Source: the human T2T-CHM13v2.0 reference genome, Homo sapiens. From it: a DNA stretch of 64,000 nucleotides. The notes under the pieces are model-generated. The model had not been told where the DNA came from, did not search any database, and worked only from the letters and a program-made list of their open reading frames with translations. The stretch is from NCBI RefSeq assembly GCF_009914755.1, contig NC_060926.1, one strand, 5' to 3'. Of the stretch, positions 1 through 14,082 are shown one piece after another; within the stretch, counting starts at the first letter, position 1, and every line of letters starts with the position of its first letter. A program made the translations under genes and the position numbers.

Positions 1-2962
1 GTGTGGTATGGTTTGGTTTGGTTTTCTTTTTGTTCTTTAAAGCCCTCTTTTATTTTATATTACGTCTATGGCGTTAATGACCACCCATATTTTGAGACCT
101 TCACATTTATCCAGACACTTCAGTGAGTTCTGAAATATCCAAATTTATGCTTGCCATCTCCTCCTAAATCTGTAAAAGTAGCTTCATACTCCCCAGGTCT
201 AAGCTGAACTCATTCCTTTTCTAGTCAGTCTTCTTAATTTTTATCTTAGGACTCAATGACATAATTATCCATTCAGATGTTAAAACTATTTACCTAATAG
301 TCATCCTTGAATCTTTTCTCATTTTTATCTATCTATATATAATTAATATGTACAGATTTTACTTTCAAACATCTCTCAAGTCAATTTACTTTTCTCTAAT
401 TCACAAACACTGTCCATGTTCGAACTACAGATCCAGCAAGTCTCAACCCCTCAGGCACCTGCCAATCTGTTCACACTGCAGGCTAACTGAGTGACCTTTT
501 TAAAATATGCATTTAATTGTTGCTACTAACATTCCCCTCATACTTGCACTTCCACAACTCAAAGAACTTTTCTCTCTTCTTTCTGTCCTTCAGATAAAGA
601 CCAACATCCTTAAAAGGTCCACAAGGGATTAATTGAAAGCTTTTTCAGCTCTGAGTCATAGAATCATTTGATCTGTTTTCTCCAGTCTAGCTACATGGAC
701 CCTCATATGCACAGGGACTTCATAAGTGCCCTTCCTTCTGAACAAAATTCCCTCAAACTTTCTTATATGAAGCCTATTTATTTTTCAAACCTTGGCTTAA
801 ATCACCTATGTAAGAAGTCACTTCCTCTAACTAGCCTAACCAAATCACATCTCCCAATAAAAGTTATATTAAAGTCAAGTGTAATCTTTGTGTAACACAC
901 AATTATTGCTATGATTTTTTTTTTTGCTAAGATACAAGGACATGAGGATGTTTTTTACTTCTAATTGTAAACCAAACGCCTAGTATAGAATTCAATATGT
1001 AAGAATTCAATATGTAAGAAGAGCTTAATAGATACTTACTGAGTGATTAAGAAGAAAAGTAAAAAGGATTATAAATAATTGTTTGTCTGAAGGGTAGGTA
1101 GATGGATAGACACAGATAAATGTTTGTATATATATTACGAGTATATGTGTCTTTGCACATGGTTATCTATTAATATAAATACTTTTATCTTGGTCAATGT
1201 ACAAAATAAAATAGAAAAAAAACCCTGATTTTACAGCTAATAATAGACTCACAAATTTCGGTTAGATACAGAAAATAAGAACAATGGACAATATATAACA
1301 CATAATACTTATGCATTCTGAATTTCCCTCCATTATTAAACATCTTTTGCTATTACTTTGATTGCCAGTGACATTCATAATAGTTTAACATATGTCAACA
1401 TAATGCATGTTCTTTTGAGATTATGCTATCTAATTTTTAAATCCCAAATTTATGAATGTTTAATAGAAACTTTTTTAAAAAACAAAGCATCCAGTTATTA
1501 ATTATTCAGTTAGTAAATGCCATTGGTCGTTTATCACAGTTGATTTTTTTCTTCAGATGCTCTAAGGGAATTTTATGAAATACTTAGAGTTATATGAAAT
1601 TTAATGTATGAGCATGGTAGCAGTAATAAGAAGCAGCAAATTTCTAAGATAATTATAAATTTAATAGAATCATCATATACTGTCTTTTTGCATAGCAGAA
1701 AAGGCAAAGAGAAGTAGGCATGTTTAGCCTAGCTTTCAAAGGACTTGCAATTGAGATGACCAGTGTGTAATATATTTGGTCAAGGGAATAGAGTCCAATA
1801 TCCCCAGTTTACCATCTTGTGTGTCAAAAACACTGACTTGTATAATGTCATGAAACTGAGCAGTGAGATTGGCACCATCTGTGTGGAGCTGAATGTTTAT
1901 CACCAGACATTGTCAAGTGTTGGGGGCAGATTTTTTAGTCCAGCAAGGCATATGAGATTGTAGCCCCCATCTATTCCTTTTCTGAACTACTTCTAAGGTA
2001 CTAGAACTGGGGAGGAGGCAATGTAAATGGAAGAATGCTTATATATCTGTATATGAGAAAAAAGCTATTCATCTTTTGATAGAAGTACAAAGGGAGAACG
2101 GTAAGGGAGGAGTTGCTATGTGGGGGTAAATCTGGTGGATAGAGTGATATATAAAACTAATATTTTTGTTCATGGTATCCATATATTCATCTATTCACCA
2201 ATTATGAGTTGGGACCTACTGTGTCTTAGGCAATAGAGCTAAACAGATAACATTTAAAATTTAGTTCAATTATTAATTGCCTAGTGAAGGAAGCCAACAA
2301 GTTAATAGATCAATATAATAGAGTGCATTGGAAGCCATGATAAAGATGAAAACAAGATAGTTTTTAGAATATCTGAGGAGAGATTTCCTAACTAGGGAAA
2401 TCTTGGAAATTCTTTTGTTTCATGAGAATAAGTAAAAAATGAGTAAGATTTAGCAGAAAAAGGAAGACGAAAAAGTTGTTCCAGACAAAAGAAACTCCAA
2501 GAGAGAAATATCCCACAGGAGCAGGTGATGGAACAAATAGAATTATTGACTTTATTATAGTTGAAAGAAGTGATTCACTCAGTCAAGTATTTTGTCAGTA
2601 TCCATTATATGCTCAGTTATACAATTTTTCCAACCTTGAATGGTATATTATCTCAGAGTTTTAAATTTATTACATATGTTACTTATATTTTCATGAATGT
2701 TCATAAGGCAGTTAAGGAAAATATCCTTATTTTACTGTCAAGAGATGTATTGTGAATGAAGCTAAAATCAAACTGTTCAGTATATTAAAATAGTTATTAA
2801 TTGACTGATTCATTCAGTAAATAATTATTGAGCTCAATTTACATGATAGTCACTGTTTCAGGTGCTGCAGATGCAGTAGTGAAAAATACAAGTTTCCTGC
2901 CCTATGGGGCTTACATTACAGAGAACTACATACATACATACATACATAAGTATGTAAATATG

Positions 2963-3066
2963 AGATTAGTGCAAAAGTAATTGAGGTTTTTGCCATTACA
3001 CGGTAGGTCGCAACTCATAATTGATGAATAGATGAATGTATGGATACAATGAACAAAAATACTCAT

Positions 3067-3150
<84 letters not shown>

Positions 3151-3327
3151 TCTATCCACCAGATTTACCCCCACCATTAAAAGTAATGGAAAAAACCTCA
3201 ATTAATTTTGCACCAATCTCATACATACATTTATATACAGTATGTACATATGTACATACATTCATATACATATTTTGCCATTAAGAGTAATATTAAAAAC
3301 CACAATTACTTTTGCACCAGTCTCATA
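2963..3327. mobile_element. Rearranged MADE1 (Hsmar1-derived MITE): one left arm and two right arms with (TG)n(TA)n between
   Basis: gtgcaaaagtaattgaggtttttgccatta at ~2969; ccattaa..gtaat..aaaaacc.caatta.ttttgcacca at ~3173 and ~3278. Confidence 0.8.
3068..3147. repeat. Compound (TG)n(TA)n microsatellite
   Basis: Directly visible. Confidence 0.95.
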
Positions 3328-3394
3328 CATACATACATTCATATACAAACAAACGCATACATACACAAATTATACGTTGAATGGTGTTAGTTGC

Positions 3395-3802
3395 TGTATT
3401 AGTCCATTCTTGTACTGCTATAAGAGACCAGGTAATGTATAAAGAAAAGAAGTCTAATTGGCTCACAGTACTGCAGGCTGTACAGAAGCATAGTAGTTAT
3501 TGCTTCTAGGGAGGCCTCAGAAAGCTTCCAGTCATGGCGGAAGGCAAATGGGGAGCAACACTTCACGTGGCCTGAGAAGAAGCAAGAAAGGGATGGGGGA
3601 GGTGTTATACACTTTTAAACAACCAGGTCTTGTAATAACTCATTCACTCACTGTCATGAGACAGCACCCAGCGGTTACTGCTAAACCATTCGTGAAGGAC
3701 TCACCCCCGTGATCCAGTCACCTCCCACCAGGCCCCAGCTCCAACACTGGGGATTTCAATACGACATGAGATTTGGGTGGTACACAGATCCAAACTATAT
3801 CA
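3395..3802 (-). mobile_element. MST-family (MSTA/B-like) MaLR solo LTR
   Basis: tgtattagtccattct...caaactatatca termini; 5-bp TSD gttgc/ggtgc. Confidence 0.88.
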
Positions 3803-4241
3803 GGTGCTATGGAAAACTAGAAAGAAAATAAAAGGAGATGAAGGATGTCAGATAGAGTTGGATGGTCTGACTTTCCTGATCTCGCTTTATATAGGGTAAT
3901 AAGGAAACACCTTATTGATAAGGAGATTTCGGATTAGAGACCTGAAAGAGATAAGAGGAAGATCCAGACCAAGGGAATACAAAGTACAAGAGCCCTGGAG
4001 CAGGATCATGCAGGAACCCAGTGAAGAAAGCAAGAGAATGACAAAGATGAGATCAGAAAGACAGTAGAGGGCCAAGTCATCTAAAAGGGCTTGAAGGCCA
4101 TTGTGCAGAGCTACTCAGGACCCATATCAAAGCCTTTCTTTATACCATATATAACCACCTCTCGTTAGTCCAGCAGGAAAAACTCAATGTTTCATCAGAT
4201 AAATGTGTTTTCTTAATGTTTTTCCTGAAGAAAGAGCAGTA

Positions 4242-4387
4242 TCTCTCTCTCTCTACATACATATATGTGTGTGTGTGTGTATATATATATACACATAGTG
4301 TGTGTGTATATATATACATAAATATATATAGTGTGTGTATATATACACACACATAAATATATAGTGTGTGTGTGTATATATATATGT
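4242..4387. repeat. Compound (TC)/(TG)/(TA)/(CA) microsatellite
   Basis: Directly visible. Confidence 0.9.
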
Positions 4388-5086
4388 GGCTTTCATCATT
4401 TAATTTTCAAAAATAATTCTATTGATTTAATGTGCCACCAGAGTGTAATTAAAAATTATCAAATGGGGTCACAGTTGTAGGTGGGCATTTGTGTTTGTGT
4501 GTTTGTGGAGAGATGAGCAATAAGGATGGTAAATTTGAATTAAATAACTTTCTATAGAATCCTTTCAATTTCGTGGCCTGTCGTCTTTTGTATTTTCAGT
4601 TAATTTATGAATACATTATCAGAAAAGAATCTTCAAGTAAGTACAGTTGCTGAAGAAAGGATTTCAAAAAATATGTTACAGAATTTTGTAATTAAAAGAT
4701 TTATTTTGATAAACTGATGCAGATGTTTGCATGTTCTTTATCTTTGAAGGATATTTCACTAAACACAATCTTATGTGAAGATATGACAGTTCTTGTTTGA
4801 ACCAATTTAAAAAGTGTCTTTAGTCTGATAATAAATCATTCATATCCACCATGCACAAATTTCTCCTATCCTTCCCACAACTCAACCACATACATATGTA
4901 ATGTATCAGATTTACTTTAAAAAAGTTTAAAAAATAGCATACATTCATTTTTTTAAAATAATGTGCCCATTTTCCTAACTAATTATAAATCAATATTTGG
5001 TATAACCCATGCAGGAATTAACAGTAGTAGGCAGCACAGATTGCATGTGCCTTTCTGAGATTGTTCTGTGCTCTTCTGTATTTTAG

Positions 5087-5194
5087 AATGAGGAGCCCGT
5101 GTTTTCTAGAGACGGCAGCAAATTCTTTATGACAGTGCCTGTTAAGCAAGGGGGACGTGGAGAATTTCACCACATAGCTATGTTCCTCATCCAG
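5087..5194 (+). CDS. DPP10: DPP10 coding exon (~exon 13), [36 protein letters not shown], 108 nt, phase 0-0
   Basis: ttttag|AAT acceptor and CAG|gtaagt donor; translation recognised as the DPP10 beta-propeller region. Confidence 0.96.
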
Positions 5195-7810
5195 GTAAGT
5201 GCTGGCTTTTTTCCATGTTTTGATTTCATTGTCCTCATGTCCCCGAAGGCCCAGTTCTTGTGGCATTCTAAACCTCTAGTTCATGGTGGTGAAACCCAGC
5301 CATATATACAACTCACAGACATCTTAGGAAGAGGACCTCCATCCATAGCCATACATTCAAGCCTTACCTTCCCACAAAACAGTCTCAACACTCAGTACAA
5401 TTTAATGAGTTACATGTGTGTCCTATGAACTGAGGGCTTTGGGATAGAGAATTTAGTAAATTAAAAGCACCCAACTTTTGAGGACCTGAGATAATCTAGA
5501 GAAGATTTTTTATTCAATGAACATATATATAACCTATTTTGTACAAGTAATATTCTCCAGGTGTTATAAAAGTTTTAAATACTCAAAGGAACCTAAATGT
5601 CCATCAAAAATTGATGGTTGAATAAATTATGGCACATCCCCACAAGCAAATACAGTGCAGATTTTTAAAAAACAGGATAAAATAGATGTTTTATGTTAAA
5701 TAACATAGATTTCATGTTGTAAAATATAATCTATGTTTTTTTTTTAGACTTTCCGATAAAAAGAGGGGAAAGGTTACTTTTTATCTAATCAAAAGAATAT
5801 GAAGGGTTTATACAGTTTTATTATAAAAAAATTAGTAAATTCAGGTAGTTAGTTTAAATTTGACAAGGTTATTGAGTCAATCTGAATTTAATTTCCAAGA
5901 GCAAGCATACATGAGAAAATAAAGCATCCTTCAAAATCATATAATAAATAATCTAGTCTCACACACAGGTTAAAGGCTTTCTAATGAAAAGTCACTGTGG
6001 CTAAACTGGGATCTTCATGAGTGTTTTACAAACTAGCTAAGAGTAATTTCATACTTACAAAATATAGAATAAATATAAATATGGCAAAGATACCTAACTG
6101 ACCTTACTAATTTTATGTTTTTAGAACCTTTAAGACCTGTGCACATTCTCAAATGATTACCATTATCCATATACATTTGTATTGGACAGCTTAATGCTTT
6201 AGAGTCTCAAAATCTTATGTCACTAATTTAAAATTTAAAACTTGTTCAGGGTCTGTGTAATTAAAATAGTTGTCATTGTTTTAACTTTAATTTTAATTAC
6301 GACTGAAAGAAATAATTTGGAATACATACAATTTCCACAGTACAGATGTAGATTGATTTTCATAGTATATTATTAAGGTGGAAAAACAGGTTATAAACTA
6401 ATGTATAATGTGATCCTATTTATGCTCTAAATAAATGCATTTATAGATGCATTTATATATGCATTTATAGATGAATAAAATTTTGGATGTTTTTATATCT
6501 AGCTATTAAAATGATTATATAAGTCAGGTATAATTAAGGGAACTTTTTTTATGAAACTGAAAGGAAATAGACTAGCAAATTACTTTACTTTATAAACTTT
6601 TGCTAATTAAGAGTCAACTTGGTTATCACAAATATTAGAGAACTATTTTGGCCCCTAAAATATCACACTTCCCAAATCTTATAACTGATTATGACATTTC
6701 ATTGAATTTTTAAATTTCAGTATTTTATATTCTAGAAGCTCTGTGAAAAATATAAGTAGTAAAGAAGATTACCTACAAATTATAGATATTTGTAAGAGAT
6801 AGTGAAGGATAGGAAAAGTTGTACGTCTTTGTGTATGTAATTCCCCAAAGAAGACAATCTATCCTTGACTGTAGGTACCCTGCTGTGCTTTCAAATGCTA
6901 GATCTTACTCATTCTATCTACCTATATTTTTGTATCCATTATTCAACAAATAAATAATAGAAATAATGTCTTTGTAAAAGTATGGCGTTGGGTAGGGTTG
7001 TGATGTTGACATGCAGGAATTAAAATATTTATACACCCAAACCAAGAATTTTTTTATAAGCCTAGGGAAGAAATACCTTCTGTTTCTCAGTCAAACCAGC
7101 CTAATATGTAGGCAAATTCCTGTATTTCTGAAATGTTCAGAAGAAAAACTTAATAAAGTTCTTACATTGTGTTTACTTTGTTCCTCTTCTATATAGGGAC
7201 TATAACACAGCCTTCATTGAAGTAGAAAACATTTTTTTTCTATTCTGGTTGCTGTTTAGGTAATTTGTGGTTTGCCTCATTGAGAAATGAACATGACTGC
7301 ATGATTATTTATGAATATTTTGGCAATTGATTAAAATTAGTCTACTTTGCTAATGAGTCAGAAGTCAGTGCTAGGTAAATACAATTTATACATAACTTTG
7401 AACACACACAAACACAATCACATATGTTATTTTAGGAAATGGTTTGAATCACCTTGCCTCAATTTAAAAATAGCTAACAAAAAAGCTATTTATGAATTGT
7501 GTATGACTGCTTAATTGACATATATGCACTATAAAATTCTGAAAAATTCAAACTTAATAAACTGATAAAGGAGTATATAAAAATCACCCACAATATCATC
7601 ACCTCATATTCTCACACTTTTAATCCATTATTGTGTATATTTTACATTCTTTTTTCATGAGAAATATATGATTTTCCCCTAAAGATTGCAATTAAAGCAT
7701 AATATAGATTTGTAACATTAAAAGAATAACTAATGAGTGTTTTCTTACAACATTTAATTGTATTCCTAATATTTAACATTTTATATTTTTCTTAAATGTG
7801 ATTTTAATAG

Positions 7811-8214
<404 letters not shown>

Positions 8215-10987
8215 TGATGTTAGAAATGATTCAGAGTTAAAAGCCCTTATAAACACTTTACTTATAATTCTTCCCGCAAAATTATATTTCTAGATGTTAA
8301 AAGATACCCAGGCAGGGTATATCCATACGAATGTATTTGTTTAGGTTTTGATGTGTAATGCCAAATTGGCTCTCCAAAAAATAGTACAAAAATTTACTGC
8401 CTAAACAGTAATGCATGCCAGCATTGATGACTTTTTACCCCCTTTCCTTCCCTTGCTGTGCTACGTGATTCTACTTAAAGTTGTCGTGCCTGAAAAGTGA
8501 GAAATGACAGGACTGGGGCCTTGGCAGCCAACAGTCAGCCAGGTCACCTTTGCAGTACTTGGCGCTTACCTATGTTTGAGAGCTTACTAGTTCACTCAGA
8601 ATATATTTATTTGCTTGAAGTACCTTACTAAATGAAATTACTAAATTTTTGCAAACATTTTGCTCTCTCATATTATCAGTAAGTAGATAAAAATCATTAA
8701 TTAGAGACCAAGCTAGACAATTATTGATTTCAAGCTATTTTCATTATGGAGAGTGATGGCGGTCACTACATATATTTTAGTGGGTTTTTTTTTTTCCTCA
8801 TTTACAAGAGCTGTCCTTGTTAAAGTGATTCCAAAGGATACAAATAAAAAGAGAAAAGAATGCATGTGTTTTCCTCCAGTCTTCATTTAAACATTATTGT
8901 AATTTTATGTAAACTACAGTATTGCATCCTGATATGTCAAATTTAAATTTTAAATGCACACTTTTCCCACAATGCTAAATAATTTTGAAAAATAATTCTT
9001 TAGAAGATTAATATTGAGTTGACTGGATGTGCATCAATAACCATTATTTGTTGTTCTGTGTTTAATTTAGTGGCAATTTGTTGTAATGATAGATGTCACT
9101 GTATATAAAGCTTATTTATATTGTGGATTATTTCTTTAGTATTGATTAACAAAACTGGAATAGCTGGACCAAAAGTAAAAGATTTCTAAGCCCTAATATA
9201 TGTATTTCCAGATCACTTTCAGTATGAATATATGAAAGCAAAATTTGTGAGTGTTTTCTCCACTTTCATATATTCCATTAAAGAAAATATTAAATAAAAC
9301 TATGGCTTTTCTGGAAATCTATATAGCTAAAGAAACTGTTCTTCTGGATAGAGTGTTTTGTACACGTATTACTATCAGTTTATGTACTTCCTGAGTCATA
9401 CACTGATACAAAACCTTTTACCCCAGACCATTAAACTTTTGATCACTTCAGATATTCGCCCCTTTGCCCCTTGAAAAATATTTGTTATGTTGACTTCAAA
9501 CTTCTGAATTCTCATCTCAGGAACTGTAACATTCTACATCCTGCAATTCAGGCTGCAGTGAAGAGATAGGTTTTTATCAAAGGTATAGCACCTTTTTCTC
9601 TCAAAGATGGAGTAAGCAGAATTTTCATTGTGTTCAGTCGTTCAGATTCATAGGCGTAAGGAATGGCCCTGTCACCTTCTAAAATTGTGTTAAATGAAAA
9701 ATTATATGTGGGTGAATCCATTCACTTTCTCTATTCAGCAACACGAAGTTTTGCCCATGAGAGCTGATGATTTCACTTGGAACGATTTTAAGTGGCATTA
9801 TTCACTACAAATACTGTGGAAAACAGCATGCCCCCAATCCACAATTTTATCACCTAATCAACCCAGTAAAATTTTTGCATTAAGTTTCACTGCTGCATCT
9901 GATTAGGACATTGTCTGAAAACAATGAGCTCATCTCATGTGGTGAATAGATGGCAAATTAAAGCATGCTATTTTTAAGCACTACAATATTTCCCTTATTT
10001 AGAAACTATAAAAGTGAACATTTAATATAAGAAATGTGAATGAATAATGTGTAATTAGGTAAAAAGAACATGCAGGGTTAAACTTGTATTGATACCCAAT
10101 GTGTTTCCAATTTGTAAATCGCATTATAAAACCAATATTTAACTTCCTTGAGCAAGATAAAATCTCTATGAATTGAAGGTCACTTGTCTGGTGTCTAATG
10201 CTCCAAATAAACACTCTATTCCAAATTTCCAGCCCTCTTTTAAGAATGAATGAGCTCACGACTTTTGTTGCTTTTTAGTCTGAAATTAAAGTTGAAATAT
10301 TAGTTCAATTTAAAATACATTGTCATACTGCCTTTATCAAAAGTCTACTACAGTTTTATATTTATATTCAGTATTTCTATTCTACCAAGTTAATATTGCA
10401 GAGATTATGGATTCACAGAAACAAAGAAATGTTATTGTAGAGAAAAAATGCTGTTCTTTCCTGCTTTGTTAAGTGATCTTTCCTGTGATTGCATTTCTGC
10501 TGAAGGTGCTTAAAAACCTAACTGAAGTACAAACATCCCCTTGTGAAATCTGCTCAAATACTGTGATATTTATTAAGTGTTGTTCAGTCATCTACCATAT
10601 TCTGATTGGTATTAAGATTATTAGCCAGGTCAAAATTAATGTGCTCACTGCTGTGACAGTCTTATGTAGATTATTAGAAAGTAAATCTTTGCTATTATAT
10701 GCAAAATGAGGGTTCAACTTGTTCCCCATACCATATTTGCCCTGGTAGATTAAAAGCAAGCAAGGCAATTACAGCTGTTTCAAATAAAATCAAAAGGTTA
10801 TATGGTTGTTATTAAGGCTTCCAACAAGAGATCTTTTGGTCCTACACTTGAAAGTGTAATATTTTGAACTAAAAGGATCATTGAAGTAAATCATATATAA
10901 TATTTTTTATACTGTGTTCAAACATTTTTCAAAGCATTGGGTTTTTACTCATGGCAATTTTAATGTTGTATCTCATTTGTCTTTAAA

Positions 10988-10988
10988 A

Positions 10989-11025
<37 letters not shown>
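10988..11025. repeat. (CA)n microsatellite
   Basis: Directly visible. Confidence 0.95.
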
Positions 11026-11026
<1 letters not shown>

Positions 11027-11599
11027 AAAATACTCTGAAAAACAGAGAAAATAATTAACCTAGAAATCTGTGGGCCAAAAGTGTCTCCAGATGTTTTCAA
11101 ATATTGAGCAAAGTTTCTTCACTTTTTTAATGTTTTGAGATTATTTTATCTTGAAATTGGCATCAAAGATGCACTAAAACCTTGAAATTTTAGTATCCTG
11201 TCCTTGGCTCATTCAAAGCAGGGCCTGGAAACAAGAAAGAGGAGCTATCCACTGAGTTATTTGCCTGTGTGAACTTGGCAATAAAATGTATGACTTTAGA
11301 ACTCTGTGCCAGCCTTTGGGTTATGCAGTTCTCATATCTCACAAATTGGGTGTCTTTGCACTTATACCTCTAGTCAACAAATACTTGTAAATCAGTAGTA
11401 CGTCAGATAGTATACAAAGAAGGTGATATAAAGAAGTCACAGGCTTGCTGTTGACCTTAAGCAGCTAGACGTCTAGAGAACTTCCACTAAGAACATAAAA
11501 TAGACTACTTAGGGAGATATTGAAATGCAAATACATACCAATAAGACAGAAAATTTTTCAAAGGAAGAATCTGTTAGTACACATGTGCAGTAAAGTATG

Positions 11600-12880
11600 G
11601 AATGCCCTTTTAGTTTACACTTTCAGTTGTGTGGGAAAATAGATGTTATAATAAAACTATCCTATATGAACCTAATTCTGAATTTATTTTTACCAAAAAT
11701 GCATTGAAAGCATTACTCAGCTGACAGATTACACTCTCTGAAGACAATGAAATTGAATTGCACAAATAACAACATTTAAAAGGTTATACATTTGGAAACA
11801 AAATATAATTTCTATTCATAGTTTCAAGAAGAAATCAGCAAACACTTAGAACTAAATGAGAATACTACATATACGAAAATATGCAATACATATAAACAAC
11901 AGTTTTTAATATATGCAATAATTTTATATGCATATATGAAATTATGTATATATCCAATGTCAGAATTTAGAAAAGGAAGAGAATAAATTCAAATGTAAAA
12001 GAAAGGTAATTAGAAATGAAAGAATAGCACTTATTAATCTAGTAAGCAAACATGAAATAAAGCAGTATGATAAAACAAATAGTAAGTTATTTGGAAAAAG
12101 TAGTTGAATCTATAAGAGCTGTCAAGGGTAATAATAACTTGGACAGTTCCAAAGTATAAATAATGGAAAGGGACAAAACTACAGATTTTAAAAATATTAA
12201 AAGAATACTATGAATAACTTTACATTGATAAACTTGAAGTTTAGGAGAAATGGATGCAATCTAGAAAAAAAAATCAAATCAGATTTAAGAAACAATCAAA
12301 ATCCTCCATAGTGTTAAGAAAATGGAATCAGTGATGTAGGATTTTCCACATCAGGGAAAGGTTGTTTTTAAAAGTGAATCTCACCAAATATTCTAGGAGT
12401 ACGCACTTCCAATTTTATATTATTTTGAAAATGAAAAAATATGGCATGTCTTTAGTACAATTTATGACATGGGTATCATCTTGTAACCAACACGAAATTA
12501 AAACAGTATCAGAAAAGACAGTATAAGAAAGCTTAAAAATACTAAACCAATTATTGACAAGTTGACTTATTTAATGCATTTAAAAAATTAACTCTTATTT
12601 TTTGAACAGAAATGCAAAATTTACTTAAAATTTCAAAAATATGTAAGATAATTAACTGCATTTAAATTTTCCTGAGAAAATTATAATCACCTTAATAGAT
12701 GCAGACATAGGATCCAAGTAAATTCAACAAAATCAGTATTCAAAAACCTTAGAAATTTAGGAATAAAGGGAACTTCTTTAAGGTGATGAAGGCACTTGCC
12801 AAAAGCTTTATTCATATAGCATAATTGATAATGGAGCAGTAGTAATATTCCCTTTAAAATCAGCACTGAGATAAGGAATC
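11600..12880 (+). mobile_element. Highly decayed L1M ORF2 fragment
   Basis: A-rich with gaatactatgaataact, ttaatagatgcaga and cccttaaaatcag-like landmarks. Confidence 0.6.
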
Positions 12881-12948
12881 AGAGTGAAGTAGCTTGAGTA
12901 TACACAACACTAGAGATAACAGTTGTTTTTGTTTTTAGCTGTTGTTGT

Positions 12949-13329
12949 TTTATACTTGAAGCTCTGGGGTACATGTGCAGAAGGTGCAGGTGTGTTACAT
13001 AGGTATACACGTGCCATGGTGGTTTGCTGCACCCATCAACCCGTCATCTACATTAGGTATTTCTCCTAATGCTATCCCTCCCCTAGCCCCCAACCTCCTG
13101 ACAGGCGCCATTGTTCAGCTCCCACTTATGAGTGAGAACATGCAGTGTTTGGTTTTCTGTTCTTGTGTTACTTTGCTAAGAATGATGGTTTCCAGCTTCA
13201 TCCATGTCCCTGCAAAGGACATGAACTCATCCTTTTTTTACGGCTGCATAGTAGTCCATGGTGTATATGTGCCACATTTTCTTTATCCAGTCTATCATTG
13301 ATAGGTATTTGGGTTGGTTCCAAATCTTT
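12949..13329 (-). mobile_element. L1PA7-like 3' fragment with a ~40-bp internal deletion
   Basis: L1 3' UTR with the catctacattaggtatttctcc signature. Confidence 0.88.
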
Positions 13330-13990
13330 CTAATCCATTCTAATCAGTGTTCTCTAACTACATAAAGTGGTTAAGGAATAGAATGATAGTATTTCTAAGA
13401 ATACTTTTTGGGTCAAACAATATATATTTTTTAGACAATACTACTACCTGTTTTTTACATATTAAAATGTTGGTCCTATAAACACCTTGGAAGCATTGAT
13501 TAAGCTAATTACCTTCATCAACATGAATTCATCTCTGAAAAAAAATTATTGCATTAAATGGCAAATCTTATAACAATGCCCATACTGCAAAGGTTAAAAT
13601 GAATACAAACCTGAGTATTTATTGGAGTAAAGTTTGTTCTAAAATGTTTTTTTTTTTAAAGCTAACTGTACAGCTGCCAGTCATTTACATGAGAGTGATT
13701 AAAGTCCTACCTTGGAAGCAAATGCTGCCATCAACATGGTATACTTGATTCACCCTCACCTGGAGGAGTTTTCTGAATGACTTTTCTATAGTTGAAATGA
13801 AGGCACTAACCTACCTGCCTTGATCTGTGTTTATAGGAATGCATGTTCATTCTTGAGCTGTGGAACAGAAAACTGAGTGTTAACTGAGAATTAGAGAATT
13901 CGAAGTGTCACAAGCAGTTGGTACATTCGTGTTTACCAGAGAGATGCTGTTTAAATGAAAGGAAAATCAATATTTTCTATTTCTTTGCAG

Positions 13991-14082
13991 AGTAAAAGTG
14001 AGCAAATTACCGTGCGGCATCTGACATCAGGAAACTGGGAAGTGATAAAGATCTTGGCATACGATGAAACTACTCAAAAAAT
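13991..14082 (+). CDS. DPP10: DPP10 coding exon (~14), SKSEQITVRHLTSGNWEVIKILAYDETTQK(I), 92 nt
   Basis: ttctttgcag| acceptor, AT|gtgagt donor; LTSGxWEV motif of the DPP4 family; in frame with the previous exon. Confidence 0.96.

Larger units (their letters stand above)
2190..4110 (-). mobile_element. L2 fragments split by MADE1 and the MST LTR (other L2 pieces near 0.1-1.05, 52.8-53.3 and 55.2-55.5 kb)
   Basis: ttcattcagtaaataattattgagc...ctgccctatggggcttacatt L2 3' end. Confidence 0.55.

Noticed and set aside
987-1020. 15-bp tandem duplication (similar ones at ~6435, ~18156, ~23536 and ~59116)
   Set aside because: Two- or three-copy slippage duplications with no unique spacers; not CRISPR-like and common in introns
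2926-3442. Overlapping ORFs with HT/YI/CV repeats
   Set aside because: Translations of dinucleotide microsatellites
9733-9755. ttcagcaacacg as a REST/RE1 site in a neuronal gene
   Set aside because: The right half-site (GGACAG) is absent
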